A DNA stretch of 64,000 bases. Origin: a virus. A model generated the notes under the pieces. The model searched no databases. It was not told the origin of the DNA and worked only from the letters and a program-made list of their open reading frames with translations. The stretch spans positions 8,313-72,312 of IMG/VR virus record IMGVR_UViG_3300049846_001597. The stretch is one strand, 5' to 3'. Made by a program: the position numbers and the translations under genes. Positions 7,892 through 17,278 of this stretch are shown in pieces (positions within the stretch are counted from its first letter, which is position 1; every line of letters begins with the position of its first letter).

Positions 7892-9271
7892 TTACTTGTC
7901 TCCCTTATTCCGGCCTCGCGAGCGGCGCTTCGACCACCCGCGATACTTCGCCTCGCTTGCGAGGCCCATACTTTCCCCGGCGCTGCGCATCCGCTGAAGC
8001 TCCTGCTCCACAAGATGTTCGGATGCGCCGGGTATTTTCGCGGCGGCCTCCTTGGCCGAGAAGCCTAATGTAGTACATAACACCACGGCTTCAAGAGATT
8101 TCTGCGCTTTCTCGCTCAGCGGCCTCTTGCCTCTCCGTCCGTCACCCTTTGTTGGCACGACTTTCACCTCACCTTTGTAGGCATCGATGGCGGCGCGCTG
8201 CTCGGGTGTCATGCGACTGCGGGCGGCCTCTTCTTTCGTGTCGGCCACCGCCTCCATCTGCTCAGTCGTCATCTCTTCAATGCGCGGCAACTCGCCACTG
8301 CGGTTCATCTCCGCCAGTCGCTCTTGCGTGACAGGCTTCGTAAAGCGAGCGGCCTTCAGCAACGCCGCGAACCGGCGTGCGGCCTCTTCCGGTGGAAAGT
8401 AGTCGTCTGGATTGGCGACTTGATCTTTGGCGATTTCCGCATCGGCATCGATCTTGTCGATTTTCTTCACTTGCTCGCGCGTCAGCGCGGCAGCCTTCTT
8501 TGGGCGGCCAGCCTTCTTTTTGTTCGGTCGCATCTCATCCCAATAGAACGTGTCTCGTTTGCGCGCAGGCGGCGCAGGCGGCGCAGGCGGCGCGGAAAAC
8601 GAGACTTGTTGACCTCGATAGGTGATGTCGCGCTGACACGCCTTGCAGCGGAAAGTTGGCCTCCGCTTGGCGATGCTTTCAGCGTGCAGCGTCCAAAACT
8701 CTTCGCCGCCGCACTTGCACTTAAGCCCAACAACACGCGCCTCACGCTTCGCAGCGGCAGCCGCCGCCAAGCGCTCTTTGTTTGCCTCCAAATGCGCGGC
8801 TTTTTCTCGGCGAACAGTGCGCAGCTCCGCCGCGCCGCGCTCAAGCAGAAGTTCAAGCATCGGCTCATTCCAGATCGTGCCGCGCTTTATCGCGCTCGGG
8901 ATCGAATGCCACCAGCGCGCCGCCACGCGCGCTGTGATGCCTCCTGCAAGCGCCAGCTTGCCTAGAGACGGCTGCGGCCCCAGGCAAGCTTGGCACATAC
9001 GGATGATCTGGCTCCACGTCAGATTAGTGGCGCCCTGAAAGATGGTTCCCATCTTGGTGGAGAAGCTGGCGCGGCAATTACGATCCGCGCAGCGATAGAC
9101 AGCAGCCCACTCAGACGTGGGGCGCGAAATGCGGTAGGCGTTGTTGACCCCGCCACACTTCACACAAACCGGCCCAGCGGGCCACAGCAGCCGCTCAACC
9201 GCCGCTACAGCTTCGGAATCGGTCGCCGCGACAATGGCGGCTAATTGAGCGACGGTGACGGCGGGGCGCAT
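7892..9271 (-). CDS. Putative transcription regulator with IS1595-type zinc ribbons and C-terminal HTH, no DDE domain
   Basis: WPAGPVCVKCG...YRC..C...FS.K.GTIF; second CKCG..FRCKAC ribbon; GFSAKEAAAKI HTH. Confidence 0.65.
   Translation of the reverse strand: MRPAVTVAQLAAIVAATDSEAVAAVERLLWPAGPVCVKCGGVNNAYRISRPTSEWAAVYRCADRNCRASFSTKMGTIFQGATNLTWSQIIRMCQACLGPQPSLGKLALAGGITARVAARWWHSIPSAIKRGTIWNEPMLELLLERGAAELRTVRREKAAHLEANKERLAAAAAAKREARVVGLKCKCGGEEFWTLHAESIAKRRPTFRCKACQRDITYRGQQVSFSAPPAPPAPPARKRDTFYWDEMRPNKKKAGRPKKAAALTREQVKKIDKIDADAEIAKDQVANPDDYFPPEEAARRFAALLKAARFTKPVTQERLAEMNRSGELPRIEEMTTEQMEAVADTKEEAARSRMTPEQRAAIDAYKGEVKVVPTKGDGRRGKRPLSEKAQKSLEAVVLCTTLGFSAKEAAAKIPGASEHLVEQELQRMRSAGESMGLASEAKYRGWSKRRSRGRNKGDK
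8067..8094 (-). promoter_or_regulatory. Putative internal promoter/operator (TTGAAG-N16-TACATT with ATGTACTACAT)
   Basis: Perfect palindrome ATGTAGTACAT at 8068-8078, upstream of the accessory gene train. Confidence 0.55.
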
Positions 9272-9327
9272 GGGTAGGACAATTCTCCATCCCCATAGTA
9301 GCGACTACTAACGCCGCCGACAACCCC

Positions 9328-9696
9328 TCATGCGACGAGAGTGAGTTCCGTTCCAGCCGCCGTCTCCGCCAGCAGATGGTCAACAACGGCTAAGCCCTTG
9401 CTGGTGATTTCGATGTCGCGCAACCTGAGGTCGCCCTTGCGACCCTCGCGGGGGCGGCGCGCTTCGCTACGGATGAGGCCGTGGCGGGCCATCGTCGTCA
9501 TAGCGCGGGTGATGGTCGGCTTCTGCACCTTCAGCGCCCGCGCCAACTCGCCCGTTCCCCACGGCTCGTCGCGGCCTTTGCGCTGCTCGTTGGTCATCAT
9601 CACCAACAGCGCCAGATCGCGCACCGTGAGCAGCGTCGTCGCCTTGTCCTCGGCGGCGCGCAGCAACAGCATCGTCAGCGGTTCAAGTTTGCTCAC
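9328..9696 (-). CDS. MarR-like winged-helix regulator
   Basis: GELARALKVQKPTITRAMTTMARHGLI...DLR...ITSKG. Confidence 0.85.
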   Translation of the reverse strand: MSKLEPLTMLLLRAAEDKATTLLTVRDLALLVMMTNEQRKGRDEPWGTGELARALKVQKPTITRAMTTMARHGLIRSEARRPREGRKGDLRLRDIEITSKGLAVVDHLLAETAAGTELTLVA

Positions 9697-10604
9697 GGGT
9701 TCAGCCCCTTCGGTTCAACCGGACGCGGCCCCCACTCTTCGCGCCACTTGCCGGTTAGCTCGTAGTAGCGACGTTTCTGCGATTCGGGCATCCCGTCACC
9801 AACTGATTTTCCGTTTTCCAAATACGCTTCGACGGCGGCGTCAAGCTTGCCGTTCAAAAACACCTCCGCCAGCACGCAGTAGCGCCAGCCATCCTTGGTG
9901 ACGTCTGGCCGCGACAGGTAGTGGCGCGCCGCGCCCATCAGCGTCGGCGCATCCCACTCAGCCCGCGACCAACGCTCAAACGCCTTGCGCTTATCGCTCA
10001 ACTCGCGCCGCGCCTTCGGCCAAGATTTCCAGAACGCTTCAAACTCGGGCGTGTAGGCCGCCCGCTTGTGGGCGCCAGATTTAGGTTTCGATGGCGTTAG
10101 CGTCTCGCCAAACAACTCGCCTGTCGTCCCAAACGGCGCAGCCGCTTTGGGACAAGAGTCTTTAGGTTCAATGGTTGGTTCTAACGAAGTGAGTCCGGCA
10201 AGATTTGCCGCTGGGTTTGGTCGTATCTTGCCGTTGGCAGGATTTGCCGCTGGCAAGATTTGCCGCTGGCGACGTGGATTTTTCGCCTTCGGCAAATCTT
10301 GCCGCTGGACACTATTAGTGGTGTTTTGGACCGACAGGTTGAGGACGATGCCGTCTGTGGAGAAGCTACCGTTTGGACGCTTTCTTTGCGTCCGCGTGAT
10401 GAGGCCAGCCGCCTCCAAATCCGCCAGCACAGTACGCACGGTGCGGTCGCCGCAACGCGCCTCGGCTGCAATGGTTTTTTGCGACGGCCAGCAATAGGCG
10501 TTCTCGTCGGCGTAGTTGCCGAGCAGAATCAGAATGCATTTGTGCGTGGGCGACTTCACGACATCACGCAGGCCAATGGCCCAGGTTACAGCTTGAACGC
10601 TCAT
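9693..10604 (-). CDS. Phage replication initiator (N-terminal wHTH)
   Basis: LLGNYADENAYCWPSQKTIA..DRTVR..L..LE..GLI; FEAFWKSWP C-domain; adjacent to DnaB; internal iterons. Confidence 0.85.
   Translation of the reverse strand: MSVQAVTWAIGLRDVVKSPTHKCILILLGNYADENAYCWPSQKTIAAEARCGDRTVRTVLADLEAAGLITRTQRKRPNGSFSTDGIVLNLSVQNTTNSVQRQDLPKAKNPRRQRQILPAANPANGKIRPNPAANLAGLTSLEPTIEPKDSCPKAAAPFGTTGELFGETLTPSKPKSGAHKRAAYTPEFEAFWKSWPKARRELSDKRKAFERWSRAEWDAPTLMGAARHYLSRPDVTKDGWRYCVLAEVFLNGKLDAAVEAYLENGKSVGDGMPESQKRRYYELTGKWREEWGPRPVEPKGLNP
10197..10308. repeat. Iteron array, probable replication origin
   Basis: GGCA(A/G)(GAT/ATC)TTGCCGCTGG at 10197, 10236, 10252 and 10291, plus a partial copy near 10225. 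Confidence 0.8.
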
Positions 10605-10605
10605 T

Positions 10606-12024
10606 TCAGCCCCCGCTCACGTCCAAGATCAAATCGTACTGCACAAGCGCCTTGAAGCTGTCGCTGCCTACGGGGCCTTGGCGCTGCTTGGCCGTAATGA
10701 TCTCCATCACGTCGCGCGCGCGTTCTTTGCGTTCCATCCATTCGTGCAGTTTGCCTCCGCCGCCATCGTCGCGGGGCTCACTGCGGTCGAGATAATATTC
10801 CTCACGGTAAGCGAACAGCACCACATCGGCGTCCTGCTCGATATTTCCGCTTTCGCGCAGATCGGAAAGTTGTGGACGCTTATCGTCGCGACTTTCGAGC
10901 TGGCGCGACAATTGACTGAGCACCAGCACGGCGACATTGAGCTTGCGCGCCATCACCTTCAGCGCCTTCGTCGCCTCGCCAATCACCGCTGACAAGTTGA
11001 GGCCGCGCGCGTGTGGCAAATCGAGAATTTGCAAATAATCGATCACGACAAGATCGAGGCCGCCGAGTTTGCGACGTATCGCGCGCGCAGCATGCTCAAT
11101 CTGCGCCACACTGAGGCCAGCGCGATCATCGATCTCAAGCTTCAAGCCCAGCAAATCTTTTGCCGCCGCCGCCAAGTGCGAGCGATTGATGTTGGGCGCG
11201 CCTTGGCGTAAGTGCGCGTACGCGAAGCGATCAAACGCAAATTCTGTGCGCCAGTATTGCGCCGCCGCCAGCGCCCGCATGGCGAGGCTTTCCGCCGTCA
11301 TTTCCGCCGAAAACATCGCCACTCGCAGCCCGCTCTTGGCGGCGCAGCGGGCGATATTGTTGGCGAGCGCAGTCTTCCCCATGCTGGGTCTGCCGCCAAG
11401 GATTACGAGGTCGCCGCGAAACAGACCCCCGCCCAGGCGCTTATCGAGCTTCGGCAGCCCGGTGGTGATGGCTTGCGCTTTTGGCTCATCAAGCGAAAGC
11501 AGAAAATTCTCCGCCGCTTCGGCCAGCGAGCATGAGTGCGCGGCAGACGGCGGCTGCGCCGTATCGAACCCCGCGACGGCGCGCGCGACCAGCGCATCAC
11601 ACGAAACCTCATGCGGGGGGTGTTTGCCAAGCATGATGGCGTTCTCCCCCGCTTCAACAATGCGACGGCGCACCGCCAAATCACGGATAAGCTCGGCGTA
11701 GTTGAAAGCGTGCGTGGAAAGCACCGCTGCGTTTTCTAGCAGCGTCATCAGATATTTTGCGCCGCCAATTTCTGCGATGCCGCCATCTTTGGCGAAGTGC
11801 TCTTTTAGCGTGATGGCATCGGCCAATTCGCCTTGCGCGATCATTGCGCGCAGTTGCGCGAAGATGCGGCCATGCACAGGATCGTAAAATTCTTCCGGCG
11901 CAAGATCGATGACGCGGTTAATCGTCTCGTTGTCGAACAGGATCGCGCCTAGCAGCGCTTGTTCGGCCTCAAGTGAGGCAATCTTGTTGTGCGCAGGCGC
12001 GGTGCGCGCTATATCGTGTGTCAC
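10606..12024 (-). CDS. dnaB: Replicative DNA helicase
   Basis: EAEQALLGAIL N-domain, GRPSMGKT Walker A, IDYLQ, LSQLSR, SDLRESGNIEQDADVV, KQRQGP. Confidence 0.96.
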   Translation of the reverse strand: MTHDIARTAPAHNKIASLEAEQALLGAILFDNETINRVIDLAPEEFYDPVHGRIFAQLRAMIAQGELADAITLKEHFAKDGGIAEIGGAKYLMTLLENAAVLSTHAFNYAELIRDLAVRRRIVEAGENAIMLGKHPPHEVSCDALVARAVAGFDTAQPPSAAHSCSLAEAAENFLLSLDEPKAQAITTGLPKLDKRLGGGLFRGDLVILGGRPSMGKTALANNIARCAAKSGLRVAMFSAEMTAESLAMRALAAAQYWRTEFAFDRFAYAHLRQGAPNINRSHLAAAAKDLLGLKLEIDDRAGLSVAQIEHAARAIRRKLGGLDLVVIDYLQILDLPHARGLNLSAVIGEATKALKVMARKLNVAVLVLSQLSRQLESRDDKRPQLSDLRESGNIEQDADVVLFAYREEYYLDRSEPRDDGGGGKLHEWMERKERARDVMEIITAKQRQGPVGSDSFKALVQYDLILDVSGG

Positions 12025-12118
12025 GAGGGTTCGTTCTCCAGCTGGCCCTCGTCGCGAGGGGGCTTAGTCTCCACCCTCGCCCCGCAAAGCGACTTCCAAG
12101 GGAAGCGCCAAGCAAATC

Positions 12119-12161
12119 AGAGGGGCCGGTGCATAGGACACACCGGCCCCTCTTTCTTTTT
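12119..12161 (+). terminator. Intrinsic terminator-like hairpin, U-tract on the plus strand
   Basis: AGAGGGGCCGGTG-9nt-CACCGGCCCCTCT followed by TTCTTTTT. Confidence 0.65.
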
Positions 12162-12191
12162 CGTTACGGCTGAGTCGCGCAAGCGCGGGTT

Positions 12192-12713
12192 CTAGTTGTT
12201 CACAGCAAGCGCATAAACGCGATGGCGCATTTGGCCGTGCGTCGTCACTTTGCCTATTTGATACATATGAATAAGCGCACGGCGAGTGCGTGGGTTGGCG
12301 GCAATGCGCGGCGGCAGTTGCGCACGCAGTTGTGGCCACGTCAGCGGCTCCGGCGACGCCGCAAGCGCCCTGGTAATGGCAAGCGCGGCGGGCGACGATA
12401 GTCTGAAGCCCCTGCCGCGCGGTTTCAAACGGAGGCGTTTTGCCGCTACCGATACCGATGATGTATTCGAGAAATCAAACTCGTCACGCAATACGCGCAG
12501 CGGCGCGCCGCTGCGCCAGCGCGCTGTAAACGCCGCAACCCGCTCTGGCGTCCAGCGCAAATACCTCCTCTTGATGCCGCGCACCTGACAGCGTTGATCG
12601 ATTTGCTGCCTCGTGCGCCCAGGCAGGCGCGTTGCAGCAATCTCCGCCGAAGTTTCGTTCGCTGCCAAGCCTTCATCCAGAGCCGCGTCTTCAGCCGCCG
12701 TCCAGCGTCTCAT
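12192..12713 (-). CDS. Multi-HTH protein, GcrA/Myb-like repeats
   Basis: WTAAEDAAL..TSAEIA and WTPERVAAF..RW.SG. Confidence 0.65.
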   Translation of the reverse strand: MRRWTAAEDAALDEGLAANETSAEIAATRLPGRTRQQIDQRCQVRGIKRRYLRWTPERVAAFTARWRSGAPLRVLRDEFDFSNTSSVSVAAKRLRLKPRGRGFRLSSPAALAITRALAASPEPLTWPQLRAQLPPRIAANPRTRRALIHMYQIGKVTTHGQMRHRVYALAVNN

Positions 12714-13558
12714 CAGCGCACCAATTGGTAAGCGCCACGCGCGGGCGAGGTGATCGTGTTGGCTCGCCGCAGCTGCTTGATCGCCGCGCGTACGAGGTCG
12801 CTGTCGCGGATATTCAAGCGATTGCGGATCAACTCAAACGAAACCGGCTCCGTCTGTGTCGCTAAAAAAGCGGCGATTTGAGGCGCGATGGTTTCCGGCA
12901 GCACCCGCCCGCGCTTGGCGGCGCGCGACAAGCCGAGTGCGCGAATACGTTGATCTATGCCGCCCTTATCGCGCAAGGCGAGTTTCGGCGAGTTAGCAAT
13001 TTGCGCTGCGGTTGCGCCCTTCATGTAGAGGCGGCGAATTTCCGCATCTTCTTCGGGTGAATAATGTGCGCCTTTGGGTATGTCGGCGGCGCGCCGTGGC
13101 CACCCCGCGCGACGGCGATAGTATTCCAAATTCTCTGCTGAACGCCCATACTTTTTGACAAGTTCGTTCATGGGAACATCAGCACGCCAATCTGCTTCAA
13201 ACTCGGCGCGCCGTGTATCATCCCAATGAACCTTTTTGGTTTCAAAATCGATGTTGCGGAGCGGCAGCTCTAAAGCGCGGATGCGGTCGCGGATGGAAGA
13301 CGGTGAACATTGCGTGCGCGCGATGATTTCGTCCAAGGGAACCCCTTCAGCCCACCACGCGCGCAATTGTGGCGCCCATGTCGCATTGACGCCGGAGCCC
13401 ACGTAATTCACGCCGACACTATTGGCGAGCCGCTTTATGAGCCTGGGGGAATTTGCGGCGAACCCGTACTTTTCCGCGAGTGCCCGTATATTGAGCCCTA
13501 TCAAGAGGTCTTGTTTGAACTCAGCGTGTTTCTTCTTTGGAAGGACAAACTTAGCCAC
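12713..13558 (-). CDS. Multi-HTH protein, GcrA-like repeats
   Basis: Repeated units LRAWWAEGVPLDEII, WDDTRRAEF..W, YSPEEDAEIRRLY.KG.TAAQIA. Confidence 0.65.
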   Translation of the reverse strand: MAKFVLPKKKHAEFKQDLLIGLNIRALAEKYGFAANSPRLIKRLANSVGVNYVGSGVNATWAPQLRAWWAEGVPLDEIIARTQCSPSSIRDRIRALELPLRNIDFETKKVHWDDTRRAEFEADWRADVPMNELVKKYGRSAENLEYYRRRAGWPRRAADIPKGAHYSPEEDAEIRRLYMKGATAAQIANSPKLALRDKGGIDQRIRALGLSRAAKRGRVLPETIAPQIAAFLATQTEPVSFELIRNRLNIRDSDLVRAAIKQLRRANTITSPARGAYQLVR

Positions 13559-13575
13559 GTCCGACTGTCTCCTTG

Positions 13576-13604
13576 TTGACGAACGATCAATCGTTCTCTA
13601 AATA
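13576..13604 (+). promoter_or_regulatory. Sigma70 promoter with palindromic operator in the spacer
   Basis: TTGACG-N17-TAAATA; GAACGAT-CA-ATCGTTC at 13581-13596, at a divergent junction. Confidence 0.7.
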
Positions 13605-13664
13605 TGCGGCTTCCGCAATCCCGACAAGCCCCGGCTCGCGTCGGCATCGATTGCCTAAGGAGAC

Positions 13665-14609
13665 TTGATGAAAACGTTTGTGACCCCGGAGATGGCTCGC
13701 GATTGGCTATCCCGCAATGATGCAAATCGCAACCTCAGCCTCGCCCGCGCCCGTGAGTATTCGGGCGATATGCTTGCTGGACGCTGGAACTCTGACAACC
13801 GCCAAGGCATCCAGCTCGGCAGCGACGGCACCCTGGTGGATGGCCAACACCGCCTTATGGCGGTCTGTCTGGCCGCCAACGAAGACCCCGGTTTCAAGGG
13901 TATCGATATGTGGGTTTACGAGAACGTCCCGCCCTCTGTGCGCGGCGTCGTAGACTTCAATCGCGTCCGCTCTGTGGGTGACGTTCTTCACATCGAAGGC
14001 CACAAGCACGGTCAGCTGGCTGGCGCAGCTTCTGGCTACGTTCTGAACTGGCTCAACGGCGAGAAGATCAACGCGATGCGGTCAAAGACCGAGAAGCACG
14101 AGTTTATTCTCAACAACCTCGATCTCATCAACTACGCCGCCCTCGCCTCTGCGACGCGCGGGTATGCGGTGCCATCCGCTCTGGCGGCGATCCTGTTCCT
14201 CGCCAGCCGCAGCAAAGACCGCGAGGGCGCAAGCCTGCTCGACACCCACGCTGAGGCATTTGTGGACGGCATCGCCAATGGCGCCATGCTGAAAGCGCGT
14301 GATCCACGCTTGGCGCTGCGCACGTGGATGTTCAACCAGCGCAATGGCAAACAGGTGCAAGCTGCGGCGTTTGCAGCGACGGTGCAAGCCTGGAACAACT
14401 TCGTTGCTGGTCACGAGGTCGCGCAAATCCGCACGGTCGTCGGCGATGACGGTCAAATCGACATCAAGCCAATCGTCGGCGCGCCAGATCGCGGCGCAGG
14501 CTTGGGCGCACTGAAGGGCGTTACCTTGCCCGGCCCCGTGCGTACCCTGATCGAAGAGGCGCGCCAAGCCCTCTTGCGTGAACGCGCCGCCGCGACCGCC
14601 GCCGAATGA
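13665..14609 (+). CDS. ParB/Srx-like domain phage protein
   Basis: VTPEMARDWL..N..NR......Y..DM..GRW...G.LVDGQHRL; AAGGAG RBS. Confidence 0.8.
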   Translation: MMKTFVTPEMARDWLSRNDANRNLSLARAREYSGDMLAGRWNSDNRQGIQLGSDGTLVDGQHRLMAVCLAANEDPGFKGIDMWVYENVPPSVRGVVDFNRVRSVGDVLHIEGHKHGQLAGAASGYVLNWLNGEKINAMRSKTEKHEFILNNLDLINYAALASATRGYAVPSALAAILFLASRSKDREGASLLDTHAEAFVDGIANGAMLKARDPRLALRTWMFNQRNGKQVQAAAFAATVQAWNNFVAGHEVAQIRTVVGDDGQIDIKPIVGAPDRGAGLGALKGVTLPGPVRTLIEEARQALLRERAAATAAE

Positions 14610-14998
14610 CAACGCGCCGGGCGCTCACGCCGACTGAGAAATCGATTGTGCGTGAGCGCCAGGGCGGATTGTGCGGGTGCGGGTGCAAACGCCTGCTTGC
14701 TGAGCACCCGCATGACTTCGATCACGAACTGGAAGTCTGGGAATTTGGCCCCGAGGCCGACCCGGCTGAAGTCAACGCTCTCTCAAATTTTCGGGCGCTG
14801 GTCAAAAAACCTTGCCATCAAGCCAAGACTGCACGAAAAGCAAAGGAGCGCGCCAAGGTGCGGCGCAACGCCAAGAAGCACGCAGGCACGTTCAAAAAAT
14901 CCCCTTCTCGTTGGGGTAATCGCAAGTTGGAAAGCAGGAGTTCATTCGACCAATGGCTGAACATGAGGGGCGAGAAGAAAACGAAGAAGAAAACGTGA
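14606..14998 (+). CDS. HNH-like endonuclease
   Basis: QGGLCGCGC...FDH.L....N..AL...CH..KT. Confidence 0.75.
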   Translation: MTTRRALTPTEKSIVRERQGGLCGCGCKRLLAEHPHDFDHELEVWEFGPEADPAEVNALSNFRALVKKPCHQAKTARKAKERAKVRRNAKKHAGTFKKSPSRWGNRKLESRSSFDQWLNMRGEKKTKKKT

Positions 14999-15924
14999 CA
15001 AACACGCAAATTGCGACGCCCTCGGCGCAACGCAGCATCGTCGCTGCAACAGCTGCTTTCTACGGCATGGAACCTGGGCCGTTTGAGCAGACGCTGCGCG
15101 CAACAGTGTTTCCGGCCAACGGCACGCGCGAGCAATTCGCCGCGTTCTTGATCGTCGCCAAAAACCACAACCTCAACCCCGTCACGCGCGAGATGTTCGC
15201 GTTCCCAACAAAGGGCGGCGGCATCGCGCCGGTTGTCTCTGTGGACGGCTGGTTGAAGCTCATCAACTGCAATCCGGCCATGGACGGCCTGACCTTCGTC
15301 GATGAGACGGACGACAAGGGCAACCTTGTGTCTGTTACGGCCAATCTCTATCGCAAGGATCGCGAGCATCCGATCTCGGTTACGGAATATCTGGCCGAGT
15401 GCAAACGCGACACCGACACGTGGCGGCAGTGGCCGAAGCGCATGCTGCGTCACAAGGCAACGATCCAAGCGGCGCGCTATGCGTTCGGCTTCGCGGGCAT
15501 CTACGACATCGATGAAGCCGAGCGGATGAAAAACATTCAGGGCGCAGGCCTCGGCGGCGGCACGTGGGAAGAGATCGCGCCCGCAGAAAATGACGATACC
15601 TCTGGGCAATTCCTGAACGGCGAAGTCGCTGACCTGCTGCGCGCCGATTACATCCGCCAGATGAGCGCCTGCACCACACTGGAGGAGCTGGCGAAAGTCT
15701 GGAAGTCGTTCCACCGTCGCTACTACAACAACACCCGCAAGCGCATCTCAGACGCCTTCTACGGCGGGTTGGAGGAAGAACACGCCCGCATCGAAGAAAA
15801 ATTGAGTGAGCAAGAGTTTGAGGCGCACCAAGCCAAGACCGACATCACGGCGCATATCGCCGCGAAAACACCCAAGACGAAAGCTGCGCAAAGGCGCGCC
15901 CGCAAGATTGTGAAGCGCAAGTGA
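14995..15924 (+). CDS. bet: Single-strand annealing recombinase, RecT/Bet family
   Basis: LNPVTREMFAFP.KGGGIAPVVSVDGW...EY..EC...W...P.RMLRHKA.IQ.AR.AFGF.GIYD.DE. Confidence 0.92.
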   Translation: MTNTQIATPSAQRSIVAATAAFYGMEPGPFEQTLRATVFPANGTREQFAAFLIVAKNHNLNPVTREMFAFPTKGGGIAPVVSVDGWLKLINCNPAMDGLTFVDETDDKGNLVSVTANLYRKDREHPISVTEYLAECKRDTDTWRQWPKRMLRHKATIQAARYAFGFAGIYDIDEAERMKNIQGAGLGGGTWEEIAPAENDDTSGQFLNGEVADLLRADYIRQMSACTTLEELAKVWKSFHRRYYNNTRKRISDAFYGGLEEEHARIEEKLSEQEFEAHQAKTDITAHIAAKTPKTKAAQRRARKIVKRK

Positions 15925-16331
15925 GTAAGCGTCGCTCCTATCGCATCACCGACAAGACCCGCGCCGCTATCGAACAGGCGGTGCGGGAGGCGTCAAACGG
16001 TGCGTTCGTAGACATCACCACGGAGGAGCGACGCACCGAGGAGCAAAACGAGCGCATGTGGTCGATGCTGGACGATATTGCCGAGCAGCTGCCGTGGCGC
16101 GATTGGCAGGGCCGCGTGATCCGTATGGACAGTGAAGAGTGGAAGAATTTTTTTCTCGCCCTCCTCTGGCGTGAACAGAAGATGGTGATGAACCCTGAAG
16201 GCACAGGCATGGTGCTTGTGGATCGACGGAGCGGCAGCTCGACGCTTCGCATCAGTGAGATGAGCGATCTGATGGCGCTTATCGAGGCGTTCGCAGCCGA
16301 GCGTAATGTAAGGCTCAAAGTGTGGAGCTGA
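15921..16331 (+). CDS. ninB: NinB/Orf recombination protein
   Basis: RT.EQN.RMW.ML.DIA.Q...EEWK..F...SS.L...EMSDL..LIEAF.AE. Confidence 0.88.
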   Translation: MSKRRSYRITDKTRAAIEQAVREASNGAFVDITTEERRTEEQNERMWSMLDDIAEQLPWRDWQGRVIRMDSEEWKNFFLALLWREQKMVMNPEGTGMVLVDRRSGSSTLRISEMSDLMALIEAFAAERNVRLKVWS

Positions 16332-16343
16332 AGGAGAAGGAAG

Positions 16344-16967
16344 ATGCCGAAACCAAGTTTAAGTGACCCAAAGATTCAGGCTAAGGCGGCGACCGCACGC
16401 AAAGCCGCCAGTCAGGCGCGTGGCGGCCTCGGCTACGGCAGCCTCGTAACCGCCATTGTCGCGCTCGCGGCGGCGGCGCGCGGCCACGTGCCGACCGCGC
16501 GTTTGATGGCGGAGCTGCTGGGCGGAGACTTGGTGAAGCACCAAGCCCGCCTCGCCAAGCTAACGTCGCTTGGCTTCCTGACGCGCCCTGGACGCGGCAT
16601 CTATGCCCTGACCGACAAGCGCGTGGATGAAGGGCTGCTGCGTCCTAAGGATCGCAGGGACGTGGCCGCAGCCATCTCCAAACTGGACGCGCCGCAGTCA
16701 CAAGTGATCCCGGCCTCGCCGCCCGCCAACATCGAACGCGCCCTGCAACAGGCGTTGAAGGCGCTCGCGCCTTTTGCCCGCTATGGTGCGCGCCTTAAGG
16801 ATGCGAAGCCGGAGGCGGTGCCGATGCTCTTGCGTAGCGACGGGTTGTGCAACGAGGACTTCCAAAACGCGCATGCAGCGCGCGTCGAGGTGCTGAGGTT
16901 GAGCGCGCCGGAGACGGAGGCTAAGCCCCAGACAGAGGCGGTAGACTTTAGCCGCTTTATCAGCTGA
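16344..16967 (+). CDS. Hypothetical protein with wHTH-like segment
   Basis: AGGAG RBS; LAKLTSLGFLTRPGRGIYAL. Confidence 0.6.
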   Translation: MPKPSLSDPKIQAKAATARKAASQARGGLGYGSLVTAIVALAAAARGHVPTARLMAELLGGDLVKHQARLAKLTSLGFLTRPGRGIYALTDKRVDEGLLRPKDRRDVAAAISKLDAPQSQVIPASPPANIERALQQALKALAPFARYGARLKDAKPEAVPMLLRSDGLCNEDFQNAHAARVEVLRLSAPETEAKPQTEAVDFSRFIS

Positions 16968-16971
16968 ACCC

Positions 16972-17175
16972 CTATGAACGCCGCCCTCCGGGGCGGCGTT
17001 TCTTTAGCGGACGCTCGTCGTCGTGGCGCTCCAGCAGCGTGCGGAAGAACTCGCTAATCCCCATCCCCTCCTCTTTGGCGTGCGCCAGCGCCAGCGCCTT
17101 CATATTAGGCGACAGGCGGATCGATACAGGCAGAGTTCCGGTGGTACTGTCGCCGGGCGGCAAGATTCGCTTCAT
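16972..17175 (-). CDS. Ribbon-helix-helix (CopG/Arc-like) repressor
   Basis: PVSIRLSPNMKALALAHAKEEGMGISEFFRTLLE. Confidence 0.75.
   Translation of the reverse strand: MKRILPPGDSTTGTLPVSIRLSPNMKALALAHAKEEGMGISEFFRTLLERHDDERPLKKRRPGGRRS
16977..17005 (+). terminator. Intrinsic terminator of the recombination operon
   Basis: AACGCCGCCC-TCCG-GGGCGGCGTT-TCTTT. Confidence 0.7.
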
Positions 17176-17181
17176 GGCGCG

Positions 17182-17278
17182 TATGTAATACCTGATGCGC
17201 CCGCCGACAAGGGCGATAAGCTTCTTGCATCGGGTACTACATTTTCCCATTGCAACGCCCAACACCGTGTAGTACATA
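17182..17278. promoter_or_regulatory. Divergent promoters with three TGTA-N-TACA-type operators
   Basis: Minus: TTGTCG(17210)-N17-TACATA; plus: TTGCAA(17250)-N17-TACATA; extra GTACTACAT at 17234-17242. Confidence 0.75.

Noticed and set aside
8563-8589. (GCGCAGGCG)3 tandem repeat
   Set aside because: In-frame Ala-Pro-Pro linker, not a phase-variation tract
7892-9271. Active IS1595 insertion sequence
   Set aside because: No DDE domain, terminal inverted repeats or target duplication seen
10197-10308. CRISPR-like array
   Set aside because: Repeats are short, overlapping, irregularly spaced and inside a CDS; they fit iterons, and no cas genes are present
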